DNA of 55,215 nucleotides from a virus. Lineage: Duplodnaviria > Caudoviricetes. The translations under genes were made by a program, and so were the position numbers. Below are positions 41,077 through 49,913 of this stretch, in pieces. The notes under the pieces were generated by a model. It saw only the letters and a list, made by a program, of their open reading frames with translations. It was not told where the DNA came from and searched no databases. How positions within the stretch are numbered: position 1 is the stretch's first letter; each line of letters starts with the position of its first letter. The DNA is taken from positions 1 to 55,215 of IMG/VR virus record IMGVR_UViG_3300044699_000026; one strand, 5' to 3'.

Positions 41077-43022
41077 GTCCCCTCCTGCTCGGTGACGTCC
41101 TGTACGTGGAGTTGGTGGACGGAGTCACGGGCTGTCTGATGCGGCATAACTCGTGACCCCGCCACGTCTTGTAGGTTCCGCCAGAAGTCGACGAACTGGT
41201 CCTCCCTCAGCCCGCCGTACTGTTCACCCCAGCCCGGCTCCCATGGCGGCGCGAGGTGCTTCGGCGGGTATCGGTCGGCGGTCACTGTTCCCCTGCGGAC
41301 ATGATCCGGACCGGCTCGAACGGAGTGCCCACATAGAGTGACCCATCGTTGCCGACAATGCGGCTGCCGTCATCACACGCCTGGCAGAGCGTCCGCGTGC
41401 GGCGGGTTGCCCACCGCTTGCCGCAGCCACGACAGATCGACTCGACGTGCCGTCTCTTAGTCTTCATTTGACCGACCGAAGGATCGGTCGCACGGTCGCG
41501 GTGAGCTCGGCCATACGGCGGGCGTGTTGACGCTCAGCCAGGGCTTCGGCCTGCAACTCCCATTCCTTCGCCAACTGGTACCGGGCACGCAGATGTTCGA
41601 CATGCGCCCAGTAAGGGCGCTCACCCGATGACAAATGCCTGCGCCAGTGGGGGGATTCGACCAACAGATCGGCGATGTCGCGGGCGAACTTGTCGACAAC
41701 CTTCTCGGCCGCCTTCATCGGGGGAAAGCCGATGTGGCGGAACATGCGGTACCAGCCCGTCAGATCCGTTTCCGGGGTCACTGGTTGCTCCGTAACAGGT
41801 CCTCAAGCGCGGTGTCATCCTCTTCGGTCCACCGATGCCGATTCGGAATGTGGTCGAGGTTGGCGATGCCCCGGATCTCGTAGGCGAGCCACACGAAGCC
41901 GACAGTGCCCATCGCGACGAGGATGACGACGACCTCGACCGGAGTCACGACGCGGCCTCATCCGCGGTGACGTCAATCTTGACGTAGGTGCGGGTGAGGA
42001 CCTCACGGGGGAACCGCCACCCGGCTACGTGCTTGCCCGGGTGTCCCTTGGGCCGGACGCAGACGTCGACACTGTCGGGGTGTTCGGCGGTGACGTGACC
42101 GCACAGCTTGACCCTCATGACGACTGCTCCTTGAGCCACGCCTGATAGCCGCAGCCCTTGGAGTGCGACCGCGTCTGGACATTGGGGCCGACCAGCTTCC
42201 ACTCCTCGCCACAGCCAGGGCAGGCGCCCTTATCGCCACTGGCCTTGTGAGCGGCGAACCGCGCCAGGTCCTTGGCAGGAGTGTTCATCTCGGTCACGAC
42301 TCGCCGGCTTCGATGCGGGCGGGGCCGGCGGTGAGCAGCGGCGGCATGTCCCGCACCGCCTCCACCGCCTCAAACCAGCAGGACAGTTGGTGGTCCATCA
42401 CCGGGAATGTGCCCGGCGTGGTCTCCGGTAGAGCCATGGCCGCCTTGCGGGCGAGGTCCCAGAATTCGTCGCGCTGCTGTTCGTCGCTGACCGTGACGGC
42501 CGACGTTTTCAGCGTGGTTCGGCGTGTGCGGGCAGTCACGACTTCAACACCGCGTCATAGGCGGCCAGTGCGGCCTTTACAGCCACCGGGTACGTCTCGC
42601 GTGCCGGATCGGTGCGGGGCAGTCGCGCGGTCTGTATGCGCTGTTCGTATGCCGCTTCAGCGGCCAGGATCTGCTTCTCGCGCTTGGTAAGCTCTTTCAT
42701 TGGATGCCGCCTCCTGACGGTCGGTGTCCTGGGTCGGGACCCGGTGAGGTGCGGGTTCGGCGGGTTCGGGTCCGGGCAGTCACAGTGACGGCCTTTCCGT
42801 TGGTCGTCAGGTTCGTGTCGGTGCGTTCGGTGGTCTTGGTCATCGGAGCGCCTTCCGTCCGGTCAGGCACGTCGTCTCGATCAGGTCGTTGAGCTTGTCC
42901 AGTGCCGTTTTCGGTCCGGCTGGTGGGTTGACGTGCATGATCATTCCCCCTGAGCCGTAGTCGGGGAACGTCGTGATGTTGGCCGTTGTCATGATGGTTC
43001 CGGTCGTGGTCGCCCAGGTCAT
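41073..43022 (-). other. run of about ten translationally coupled small hypothetical ORFs, several with CxxC or CxxH motifs
   Basis: e.g. 41073-41285, 41282-41467, 41464-41781, 41945-42118, 42115-42297, 42294-42539, 42536-42700 joined by overlapping stop/start codons. Confidence 0.65.
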
Positions 43023-43024
43023 GG

Positions 43025-43321
43025 TCAGCCCTCGATCTCGTACAGATGCCAGACGAGCCCGAACAACCGGGGGCAGGTGCCCCGCCAGCGGGCGCCGGCA
43101 GGCACCGGATGACCGGTCCCGAACACCTGGAAGACGTGATCGACCAGCGGTTCGGCGTCGTTGTGCTCGGCCCAGAACTCCACGATCCATGAAGTAGCAC
43201 TGCCGTCGAGAGTAACGGCGGCGACCGCTATCGGGAGGCAGGAGCTCGAAAGTTGGATGCGGTGCGGCTTGTCGTCGATCGGGACCTCGTAGCGGTAGAC
43301 GGTGCGAAGGGGCATCATCAC
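43025..43321 (-). CDS. hypothetical phage protein
   Basis: TVYRYEVP...FWA...FQVFGTGHP...LVWHLYE, a widespread small phage family. Confidence 0.75.
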   Translation of the reverse strand: MMMPLRTVYRYEVPIDDKPHRIQLSSSCLPIAVAAVTLDGSATSWIVEFWAEHNDAEPLVDHVFQVFGTGHPVPAGARWRGTCPRLFGLVWHLYEIEG

Positions 43322-43806
43322 TCCTCCGGGTCGGTCTGACCGCCGTTGATCCGCAGTGCCGCGCTGACGTCGGGAAGCCGCTTGAGGACCTCACCGAGGA
43401 TGGCTTCGACGCGGTCGATCTCACGCTGAGTGTGCTCGCGCTCGAACTTCACCTGATCGCCGAAGCGGGCCTTGTCCGCCGCCAGGTTCTCCTCGCGGAC
43501 GGCCAGCTCGGTCTCGCGCTTGGCCGCGGCGAGGTCTTCGGCCTGGCGTTCGATGAGCAGGCCCACCTTGTGCTCGGTCTCGCGCTGGTCGCGCTTGTTC
43601 GTCTCGACCAGGCGGTCCTTCTCGATCTTCAGGTCGGTGACCTCGCGCTTGAGGCGGTCACGCTCAACGGTGGCATCCCGCTCCTCGCGCAGTGCCTTGA
43701 TCTCGGCACGGAGCTCGGCCAACTCGGTGACCGTTTCCTCGGTGGCCTTGAGCAGCTTGGCGGTGCGGTCGGCGTCGATGGCCGGCGCCGGCTTGAACAG
43801 TCCCAT
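43318..43806 (-). CDS. coiled-coil protein
   Basis: 162 aa, highly charged heptad pattern; GAAGGGG RBS. Confidence 0.75.
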   Translation of the reverse strand: MGLFKPAPAIDADRTAKLLKATEETVTELAELRAEIKALREERDATVERDRLKREVTDLKIEKDRLVETNKRDQRETEHKVGLLIERQAEDLAAAKRETELAVREENLAADKARFGDQVKFEREHTQREIDRVEAILGEVLKRLPDVSAALRINGGQTDPEE

Positions 43807-43955
43807 CAGGTTTCCCCTTCGTCGTCGTTGTGTTGGCCCGTCCCGAGTGATCCGTGGGTGGGTTCCAGGAACCACGTTCAGGACGGGCTACGGCACCCAC
43901 TCCTAGCCGCACCAGGCTGTCGACCCCTAGGAAGGTCACCTGGCAACAGTCTGCA

Positions 43956-43983
43956 ACCTTACCACTGGATCGGCCGAGCGCAA
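43956..43983 (-). promoter_or_regulatory. leftward promoter
   Basis: TTGCGC-16 bp-TAAGGT with TGn extension. Confidence 0.5.
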
Positions 43984-44009
43984 GCCCCGGAGAGGTCAAC
44001 CCATCTGTC

Positions 44010-44315
44010 CACCTCACTTGCCCATTTGCCAGTGGCAAGTGGGAAATGAGCCGTGAGCCGATCGTGGTTCCCACTTGCCAAAATGGCCGCGTGCCTTGCT
44101 CTAATGGGTATTTGGGCAAACGGGCCTGTTTCAGGGGCCTCTAGCCCAGTGTTTATAAGGGGTTCGCCATTTGGGAGGGGCCTCCGTCAAATGGAATGGC
44201 AAGTGGCTCTTTGTGAATTAGAGCATGCTGTAGCACTTAAGTTAACTTTAATTAGGTTTCATTAAGTTAACCTAAGTGAAGTTTCATTAGATTAACTAAG
44301 GTAAACTTAAGTACC
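44010..44315. other. putative replication origin (iteron-like repeats plus AT-rich element)
   Basis: CAYTTG(C)C / GGCAARTGG repeats in both orientations 44014-44208; very AT-rich palindromic tract 44234-44313; non-coding gap between divergent units. Confidence 0.6.
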
Positions 44316-44334
44316 GTTACCCTCCTTACGTCGG

Positions 44335-44364
44335 ATCGTACACTGCTGCATGGCTTGTTGTCAA
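44335..44364 (-). promoter_or_regulatory. strong housekeeping-sigma promoter firing into the AT-rich tract
   Basis: TTGACA-18 bp-TACGAT. Confidence 0.7.
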
Positions 44365-44553
44365 ATCGTTACGTTTTGGGAGTGCCGTAAGCCTTTCCGA
44401 AGCGGCGTTGCAGCCTAGTCCATGGCCGCCGCGGTTCGGGCGGCCTGATAGACGCCGCGCTCTCGGGGCGTCATTTGATGGCCAATTGATAGACAGATTC
44501 ATTCCGTCACCACGACTGATTCAATTGGTCGCCGAGCCGATGTTCGTTAGGTG

Positions 44554-44583
44554 TTCACGTCACCACGATCAGGCCGATAGGAT
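44554..44583 (+). promoter_or_regulatory. promoter for a probably leaderless transcript
   Basis: TTCACG-18 bp-TAGGAT, 7 nt before GTG 44591 with no RBS. Confidence 0.5.
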
Positions 44584-44590
44584 GATCGGC

Positions 44591-45208
44591 GTGGCGAAGC
44601 TGACCCATCCGTGCATCCGGTGCGGTAAGGACACGGAGGTCACGGTGCTTGTCTGCACCACGTGCTCTGTAAAGGTCGGCAATGCCGTGCTGAAGTTGCC
44701 GAGATACCGGCAGGGTCTCTATTCCTCCACCGGGCCGGCCAGGATCGGTGACGGGGTGAAGACCTCACGTCTGGCGCCTCAGTCCTCGCCGCCTAACCGG
44801 ACGTTCATCTTCGACCTGGCCCGCGAGATCGAATCCAGTGTCCGGTCCTGGGCGCACATCGCGGTCACCGGTAACCAGGGCGGCCGGCAGAGGCGCTGTA
44901 CCTTCGCCCAGGCCCACTCGACGGTCTGGGGTCACCATCACCGCTTCATGGCCCATCCGGTCCACGTCGAGGTATACGGCCGCGAGATGCTGGCTCTGGA
45001 GCGCCGGAGCCTGGTCGCGTTGCGGGCCGAGGCCCTCGTGCATCACCTTCCGGCACCGTGCCCGAACTGCGACACGCTCGGGCTCATCCGCCATGACGGG
45101 CAGGATCAGGTCCGTTGCTCGTTCTGCGGTGTCAGCTGGCAGGCCAACGAATATGATCGTCTCGTCCACGTCCTCGCCTGGGAACAGGAGAACCTGACCC
45201 ATGCCTAA
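44591..45208 (+). CDS. Zn-binding protein, candidate transcription regulator
   Basis: N-terminal CIRC/CTTC and C-terminal CPNC/CSFC pairs; paired with the downstream HTH gene. Confidence 0.7.
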   Translation: MAKLTHPCIRCGKDTEVTVLVCTTCSVKVGNAVLKLPRYRQGLYSSTGPARIGDGVKTSRLAPQSSPPNRTFIFDLAREIESSVRSWAHIAVTGNQGGRQRRCTFAQAHSTVWGHHHRFMAHPVHVEVYGREMLALERRSLVALRAEALVHHLPAPCPNCDTLGLIRHDGQDQVRCSFCGVSWQANEYDRLVHVLAWEQENLTHA

Positions 45209-45401
45209 GAGTCACTCCACGGTCCTGGACATCGACCAGGCGGCCACCATGGTTCACCGGTCGGTTCGGACGCTGCGCGGGTGGGTGAGCAAGGGCTGGC
45301 TGCCGGTCAGCAGGCAGGGCGGCAAGGGGCGTGGGGACCGGAGCAGGTTCCTGCTCCACGACGTGTTGGCGGCCGAGCGCCGGGCCAGGAACGGGAAATG
45401 A
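45201..45401 (+). CDS. helix-turn-helix DNA-binding protein (MerR/excisionase-like)
   Basis: LDIDQAATMVHRSVRTLRGWVSKGWL...RFLLHDV. Confidence 0.8.
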   Translation: MPKSHSTVLDIDQAATMVHRSVRTLRGWVSKGWLPVSRQGGKGRGDRSRFLLHDVLAAERRARNGK

Positions 45402-45407
45402 AGGGGT

Positions 45408-45551
45408 ATGAGCGACGACAAGGAAGCCGCCCGCCAGCAGTTGGTACAGGCGATGCACGAGGCAGCGCAGGCACGAGCTCGCGAGATGCAGGCCCGTGCC
45501 GCGCTACGGGCGGTCAACAAGAAGGCCGCGGAATCCAAGAAGGGGAAGTGA
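45408..45551 (+). CDS. small basic helical protein
   Basis: 47 aa; GAAGGGG RBS. Confidence 0.55.
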   Translation: MSDDKEAARQQLVQAMHEAAQARAREMQARAALRAVNKKAAESKKGK

Positions 45552-45555
45552 AGCC

Positions 45556-45714
45556 GTGAGCAAGCCGGCGAAGACGAAGACACCGAAGACCCAGCTCGGG
45601 CGGGCCGTGGTCATGCGTGACCGGGCCGAGAAGGGGACCAGCGAGAAGGTCTACCGGGCGGCGAACAAGCGGGTGCTGAAGCTGATTCGCCAGCACGACA
45701 AGCACGCGAAGTGA
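45556..45714 (+). CDS. small basic protein
   Basis: 52 aa Lys/Arg-rich; GAAGGGG upstream. Confidence 0.55.
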   Translation: MSKPAKTKTPKTQLGRAVVMRDRAEKGTSEKVYRAANKRVLKLIRQHDKHAK

Positions 45715-46002
45715 GTTCCGGCGGGTATATATCCGGTCCTGGGGAGGAGGTGCCGGTCGTTCTGTATCCGGAAGAATGCATCATCAGCCGGAGCGGGACG
45801 TGCGTTCGAACCGACCAGACCCACCTGGACGCTCGCGCCGGTAAAGGCCACGTGGTGATCATCCTGCCGGCCTGAGGTGACTGGAACAACTGGAGGCCCC
45901 TCGGATGACTTGGGAACAGCGGCTCATGTGGGTCGCCACTATGGTCTTCGGCCATGGCTACGCCTGGCTCATGATCATGATGCACGTTCTGCACAGGATC
46001 TG

Positions 46003-46034
46003 AACCTTGAATGAGCCGTCCATCATTCAAGGTT
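46003..46034. terminator. hairpin between convergent units
   Basis: Perfect 12-bp stem AACCTTGAATGA / TCATTCAAGGTT with 8-nt loop. Confidence 0.6.
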
Positions 46035-46051
46035 TGGGGCACATCCTTTAG

Positions 46052-46792
46052 TTATCGGGCTGGCTTCATGACGGTGTGGGCCGTCCGCTCGGTGACGTAG
46101 TTCTCCTCGGTCAGCCAGATCTGCTTCAGGTGGCTGCACCGGATTCCGGTGTGCACATGGACCGGGATGTTGAGCCTTCGGGCACGCATGCAGAAGGACA
46201 GGTCCTCGCTCACCAGTTCGCCGGTCTCGGGGTTCACGATTCGGTCGTAGGGTTCGGCCTTCCTCGTCCTGGTCATTCTGGTGAAGACCGAGCGGTGGAT
46301 CAGGATGCATGCCGAGCCGGTGCCGTCCACCCTGGTCAAGGTGTCCTGTTCGTAGTCCCAGCGGACCATGAAGCCGTGTTTGCCGTTGAGCTCGCCCCAG
46401 TCCCAGACGGTGGGTGCCGCGTAGGTGGCCGAGCCGTTGAGCCCGTCCGGACCCTGGTGGCGCCGGGTGAAGCACAGCGCGCCCATGACGGGTCGTCTCA
46501 CCGGATCGGCCGCTGCCATGAGGCGGGCCAGGGTGTCCGGCGCGAAGCCCATGTCGGTGTCGGTCCACCACAGCCAGTCGGCCCGGTGTTCGGCCAGGAA
46601 GGTGCGGACGGCCTGGTTGCGTGCCTCCACGAGCCCGTCCGTGCCGTACTCCTGGGCTATCCAGCCGGCGAAGCTCCGTGGCCCCATGAGGTCGTACTGG
46701 AGGACGCCGAGCACCGAGTGGTGCCAGGACGCGGCCACCTGTGAGTCATGCACGTAGGCCGCGACAGCCAGTTCGGCTTTGCTCTTCGGCAC
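46052..46792 (-). CDS. glycosyltransferase, GT-A fold
   Basis: ARNQAV, WLWWTDTDM (DxD), GTGSACILIHRSVF, SEDLSFC.RA, VHTG...H. Confidence 0.88.
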   Translation of the reverse strand: MPKSKAELAVAAYVHDSQVAASWHHSVLGVLQYDLMGPRSFAGWIAQEYGTDGLVEARNQAVRTFLAEHRADWLWWTDTDMGFAPDTLARLMAAADPVRRPVMGALCFTRRHQGPDGLNGSATYAAPTVWDWGELNGKHGFMVRWDYEQDTLTRVDGTGSACILIHRSVFTRMTRTRKAEPYDRIVNPETGELVSEDLSFCMRARRLNIPVHVHTGIRCSHLKQIWLTEENYVTERTAHTVMKPAR

Positions 46793-46936
46793 AATCAGTT
46801 CCCCTTCGAGATCGAATATCTACCGCAAAGAACGGAACCCCCGCGAGATCTAGGCTCCGGGGGTTCTCGTCCTCTGAGAGTGGTGACCAGTAACCGGGTC
46901 ACCGGAGGACAGCTTAACTGAAGGCTGCGTAGCTAT

Positions 46937-47146
46937 CTAGACCCAGCCCTCGGGCAGCAGGTTGGTGCCGCCGAGCTCCTTGGCCCGCTTGATGATCCAG
47001 CGCTTGACCTTCTCCGGGTCGCTGGCCCGACCGAAGGCCAGGATCGCGCGGGCGAGGTCGCGCTTGTTCCGGATCGGATAGCTACCGTCCGGCAGGGCCA
47101 GGCCCTTCTTGGCCAGCTGTCGCCGTTCTTCGGCGGTGAAGTCCAT
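46937..47146 (-). CDS. stand-alone ALPDGSYPI domain protein
   Basis: ERRQLAKKGLALPDGSYPIRNKRDLARAI...WIIKRAKELG. Confidence 0.75.
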   Translation of the reverse strand: MDFTAEERRQLAKKGLALPDGSYPIRNKRDLARAILAFGRASDPEKVKRWIIKRAKELGGTNLLPEGWV

Positions 47147-47174
47147 GGCCGAACGGTAGCCCAAAGCCGCGTAG

Positions 47175-47651
47175 CTACATAGCTTCGGGGACGGTGTCGA
47201 CCAGCGGGTCGCCGTAGCCGGCCGTTCGGAGCAGGTTCACAACGTCGGAGAAGAGCATCCGAACCGGCGGGAGGTAGGAGAGGGACGGGTCGGACATCTC
47301 CACGGCCAGCCTGACGAATGCCCAGCCAGGTAGGGCTGCCCACCATTGGCCGACCGATGAAGGTCCCTTGCCCTTCCGTTTCCAGACCAGGACTCCGATA
47401 TCGGCGTGCGCGTTGTAGCGTTCGGCCTCGGTTTCGTTGAGCCAGGAGAGGATGTCGGCGTCGGAGGCTTGTTCGGCCTGATGGCCGCCCTTCACCTCGA
47501 ATGCGAGCGCGGGCGTGCCGGTGATGTCGCCGAGGTCGAACGTGCCGTGAGTACGGCGAGCTTCCGCGGACGGCCAGCCGTTCATCGCGAGGTAGCGGGC
47601 TACGGGCCTCTCGGCGTCAGTGCCGATGTCCTTCGGCCGGCGTTTCGTCAT
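47175..47651 (-). CDS. Holliday junction resolvase (PD-(D/E)XK type)
   Basis: KDIGTDAER.VARYL...DLGDI.G...FEVK...ETE.ER.NA...GVLV.KR.G. Confidence 0.82.
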   Translation of the reverse strand: MTKRRPKDIGTDAERPVARYLAMNGWPSAEARRTHGTFDLGDITGTPALAFEVKGGHQAEQASDADILSWLNETEAERYNAHADIGVLVWKRKGKGPSSVGQWWAALPGWAFVRLAVEMSDPSLSYLPPVRMLFSDVVNLLRTAGYGDPLVDTVPEAM

Positions 47652-49479
47652 GCGTGTCAGCTTGCCAGACCCAGCACCGGTACTCGGCCCACTTCGACGT
47701 GTCGAACGGCCACATCTCCTTCAGCTGGACGCGGACCTGTGTCGGCAGGTAGCCGCGGGCCAGGCTCGTCGGCTCGCCGTTGCGCACGAGCTCATCGGCG
47801 TAGTACGCCCAACGGTGCCGGGGTCCATTGACCAGGATGCAGAGGTCGCGGTCCTCCGGGGTGGTCATGTGAGGACAACCTCGGTCTGACCCGAGAGGCG
47901 GGCATGACATCCGGCGCAGACTACAGTCGGATGTGACTGTCCGAGCGGCACCGAGTGGGCCGTGCCACCGCATTGCCAGACCGTCAGTTGGACCTCACTG
48001 CCGGTTGGCAAGTGTGTAGCCGTCAGTGCGTAGCGGATCGCGTGAGTCTTCCGACCAAGCGGGCCGGACGGCTTAGCCCAGGTAAGGGCTTTCGGCCTGA
48101 GCTTCACGATGCGCCAGTTTTTCCAGATGCTTTGCTCATACGGTGTCCGGTGCCCGCGCCAACCCCATCGGCCGTCGCCGTAGTAATGGCGCGAGAGCAA
48201 TTGTCGGCCCGTGAGCTCAAGCTCCTGTTGGGCTGTCCGTCCGTAGCTCACGACTGCACGGCTTCCCAGGGTTGCGTAGCTCCCATAGTGGCCGAGATCA
48301 GCTGCATCGCCTCGACGTACTCACGTCGCGGGTCGCGGGCCAGTTCGGCGTTCAGGTCCTTGAGAAGTAGCCGGCCGAAGCCCTGAGCTACGCTCGCGCT
48401 CACGTAGCCCTTGTAGAAGCTGCCGAGATGCCACAGTCCGATCAGGTGCCGGTCGTCCTGCCTGAGCGAGACCAGGATGCGACCGGAACCGTCGTCGGTG
48501 GCCACGAGCCTGACGCGCCATTGCGCGGCCTGAGCTCGACGCACGAGCGTCTGTGCCAGGCGTGGGAGCTCGTCAGCCTTCGGCGTGTAGAGGGTCATGC
48601 CTGGCCTTGGATCGTCTGCTGGATAGCTGCTCGCAGCTGGAATCCAGCTAGCTGAACGTCTTGCACCATTGCTGCGATGGCTTCGGCTCGGGTCCGGAAC
48701 TTCTTGCCGGGAAACCGGCCGGTGCGCCAGTGCTGCATGGACGGGAGCGAGCCTGTGCGGTAGACCATTCCGATGTGTTGGCCTGAGAGGTAGACGCCAT
48801 AGGCGTGTGGTTTGTCTAGTCGGATGAGCTTGACGTCGGCACTCATGCTTGAGCCTCCTGAGCTTCCTGAGCCCCGGCCGGTTCAGCTTCCTGAGCTTCG
48901 GCCAGCCGTTGAGCTTCCTGAGCCGCATGTAGGTCGCGGACCTGTTGCCGGATGTCCTCAGCCGGCATGAGCAGTCCGCTACTCAAGAGAAGCATGCCGA
49001 CCATGATGATGCCGACGTGCCCGGTCAGGAAGCAGAGCGCGCCGAGCGCGATGAGAGTGGCCTTACTCATGGCGTCACCGGGGAAATGAGGCGCACCGTC
49101 CGCTGTGGCGGACGATCACGTCGTCATCCATCCGGTAGAGCTCTACGATCAGTCCGTTGTCCGTGCGCCGGATGCTGATCAGGCCGCCGGATGTGGCGTC
49201 GCCGAAGTCATAGATCGATTCGTTAGGCCCGGCGTAGCTACTTGCCACGCCCTTGCGGATCGTTGGCTTGTTCACCAGTTACCCCCTCGAATCTGCGCCG
49301 TCTGGCCTGCGCGGTAGATCAGGTCAAGTAGTTCCGGTCGGCCTTCCTCGGGCACGCCCAGCAGGTCGGAGACAAGCTCCACGATTGCTCGCTTGTACTC
49401 GGGGTTGCCGTCCCATTCCTCGCCAGCGCCGTCCCCCAGCAGGTTGTACGCGGCTGTCAGGATGCGTAGGTCTCTCATG
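47648..49479 (-). other. run of about seven small hypothetical ORFs
   Basis: 47648-47868, 47865-48251, 48248-48598, 48595-48846, 48843-49070 (TM), 49075-49275, 49272-49479; mostly coupled stop/starts. Confidence 0.6.
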
Positions 49480-49508
49480 TCGTTCCCCTTCGGTGATTGG
49501 ATAGCTTC

Positions 49509-49913
49509 ATGCCGCGAGCCCCCAAGAAGTGCGCTCGTGTCGGCTGCGAAGCTCGTGTCGTCGGTGTCCCCTTCTGTGATCTCCATGTGCCGCGTCCTTC
49601 CGATCGCGGTAGCTGGAATCGTGGTAGCACGCGCGCCGGACGCAGGGATCGAGCTACCGTGCTCGCCAGCTATCCGACGTGCTACCTCCAGCTGCCCGGA
49701 TGCACCCTGGCCAGCACGGTCGATGAACATGTCGTGCCACTCAGCCAAGGCGGTAGCCTCACTGACTTGGCCAATCGGCGCGGTGCGTGTCATAGCTGCA
49801 ACCATCGCAAGCGGCATCGTGAGGCGTTAGCCGGCCGTGGCCTGGCACCTCCCTTCCGTGGGTTGGTTGACGTGCTCGTGTGGGCTGCTCACGAGCGGGA
49901 AGCGTCGGTGTAG
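49509..49913 (+). CDS. HNH endonuclease (packaging-associated type)
   Basis: MPRAPKKC...C...FC..H; CYLQLPGC...VDEHVVPLSQGG....N.RGACHSCNHRK. Confidence 0.85.
   Translation: MPRAPKKCARVGCEARVVGVPFCDLHVPRPSDRGSWNRGSTRAGRRDRATVLASYPTCYLQLPGCTLASTVDEHVVPLSQGGSLTDLANRRGACHSCNHRKRHREALAGRGLAPPFRGLVDVLVWAAHEREASV

Noticed and set aside
49480-49817. N-terminal extension of ORF 49272-49817 antisense to HNH
   Set aside because: A strong RBS at ATG 49479 gives the likely start; the extension is probably a shadow of the HNH gene
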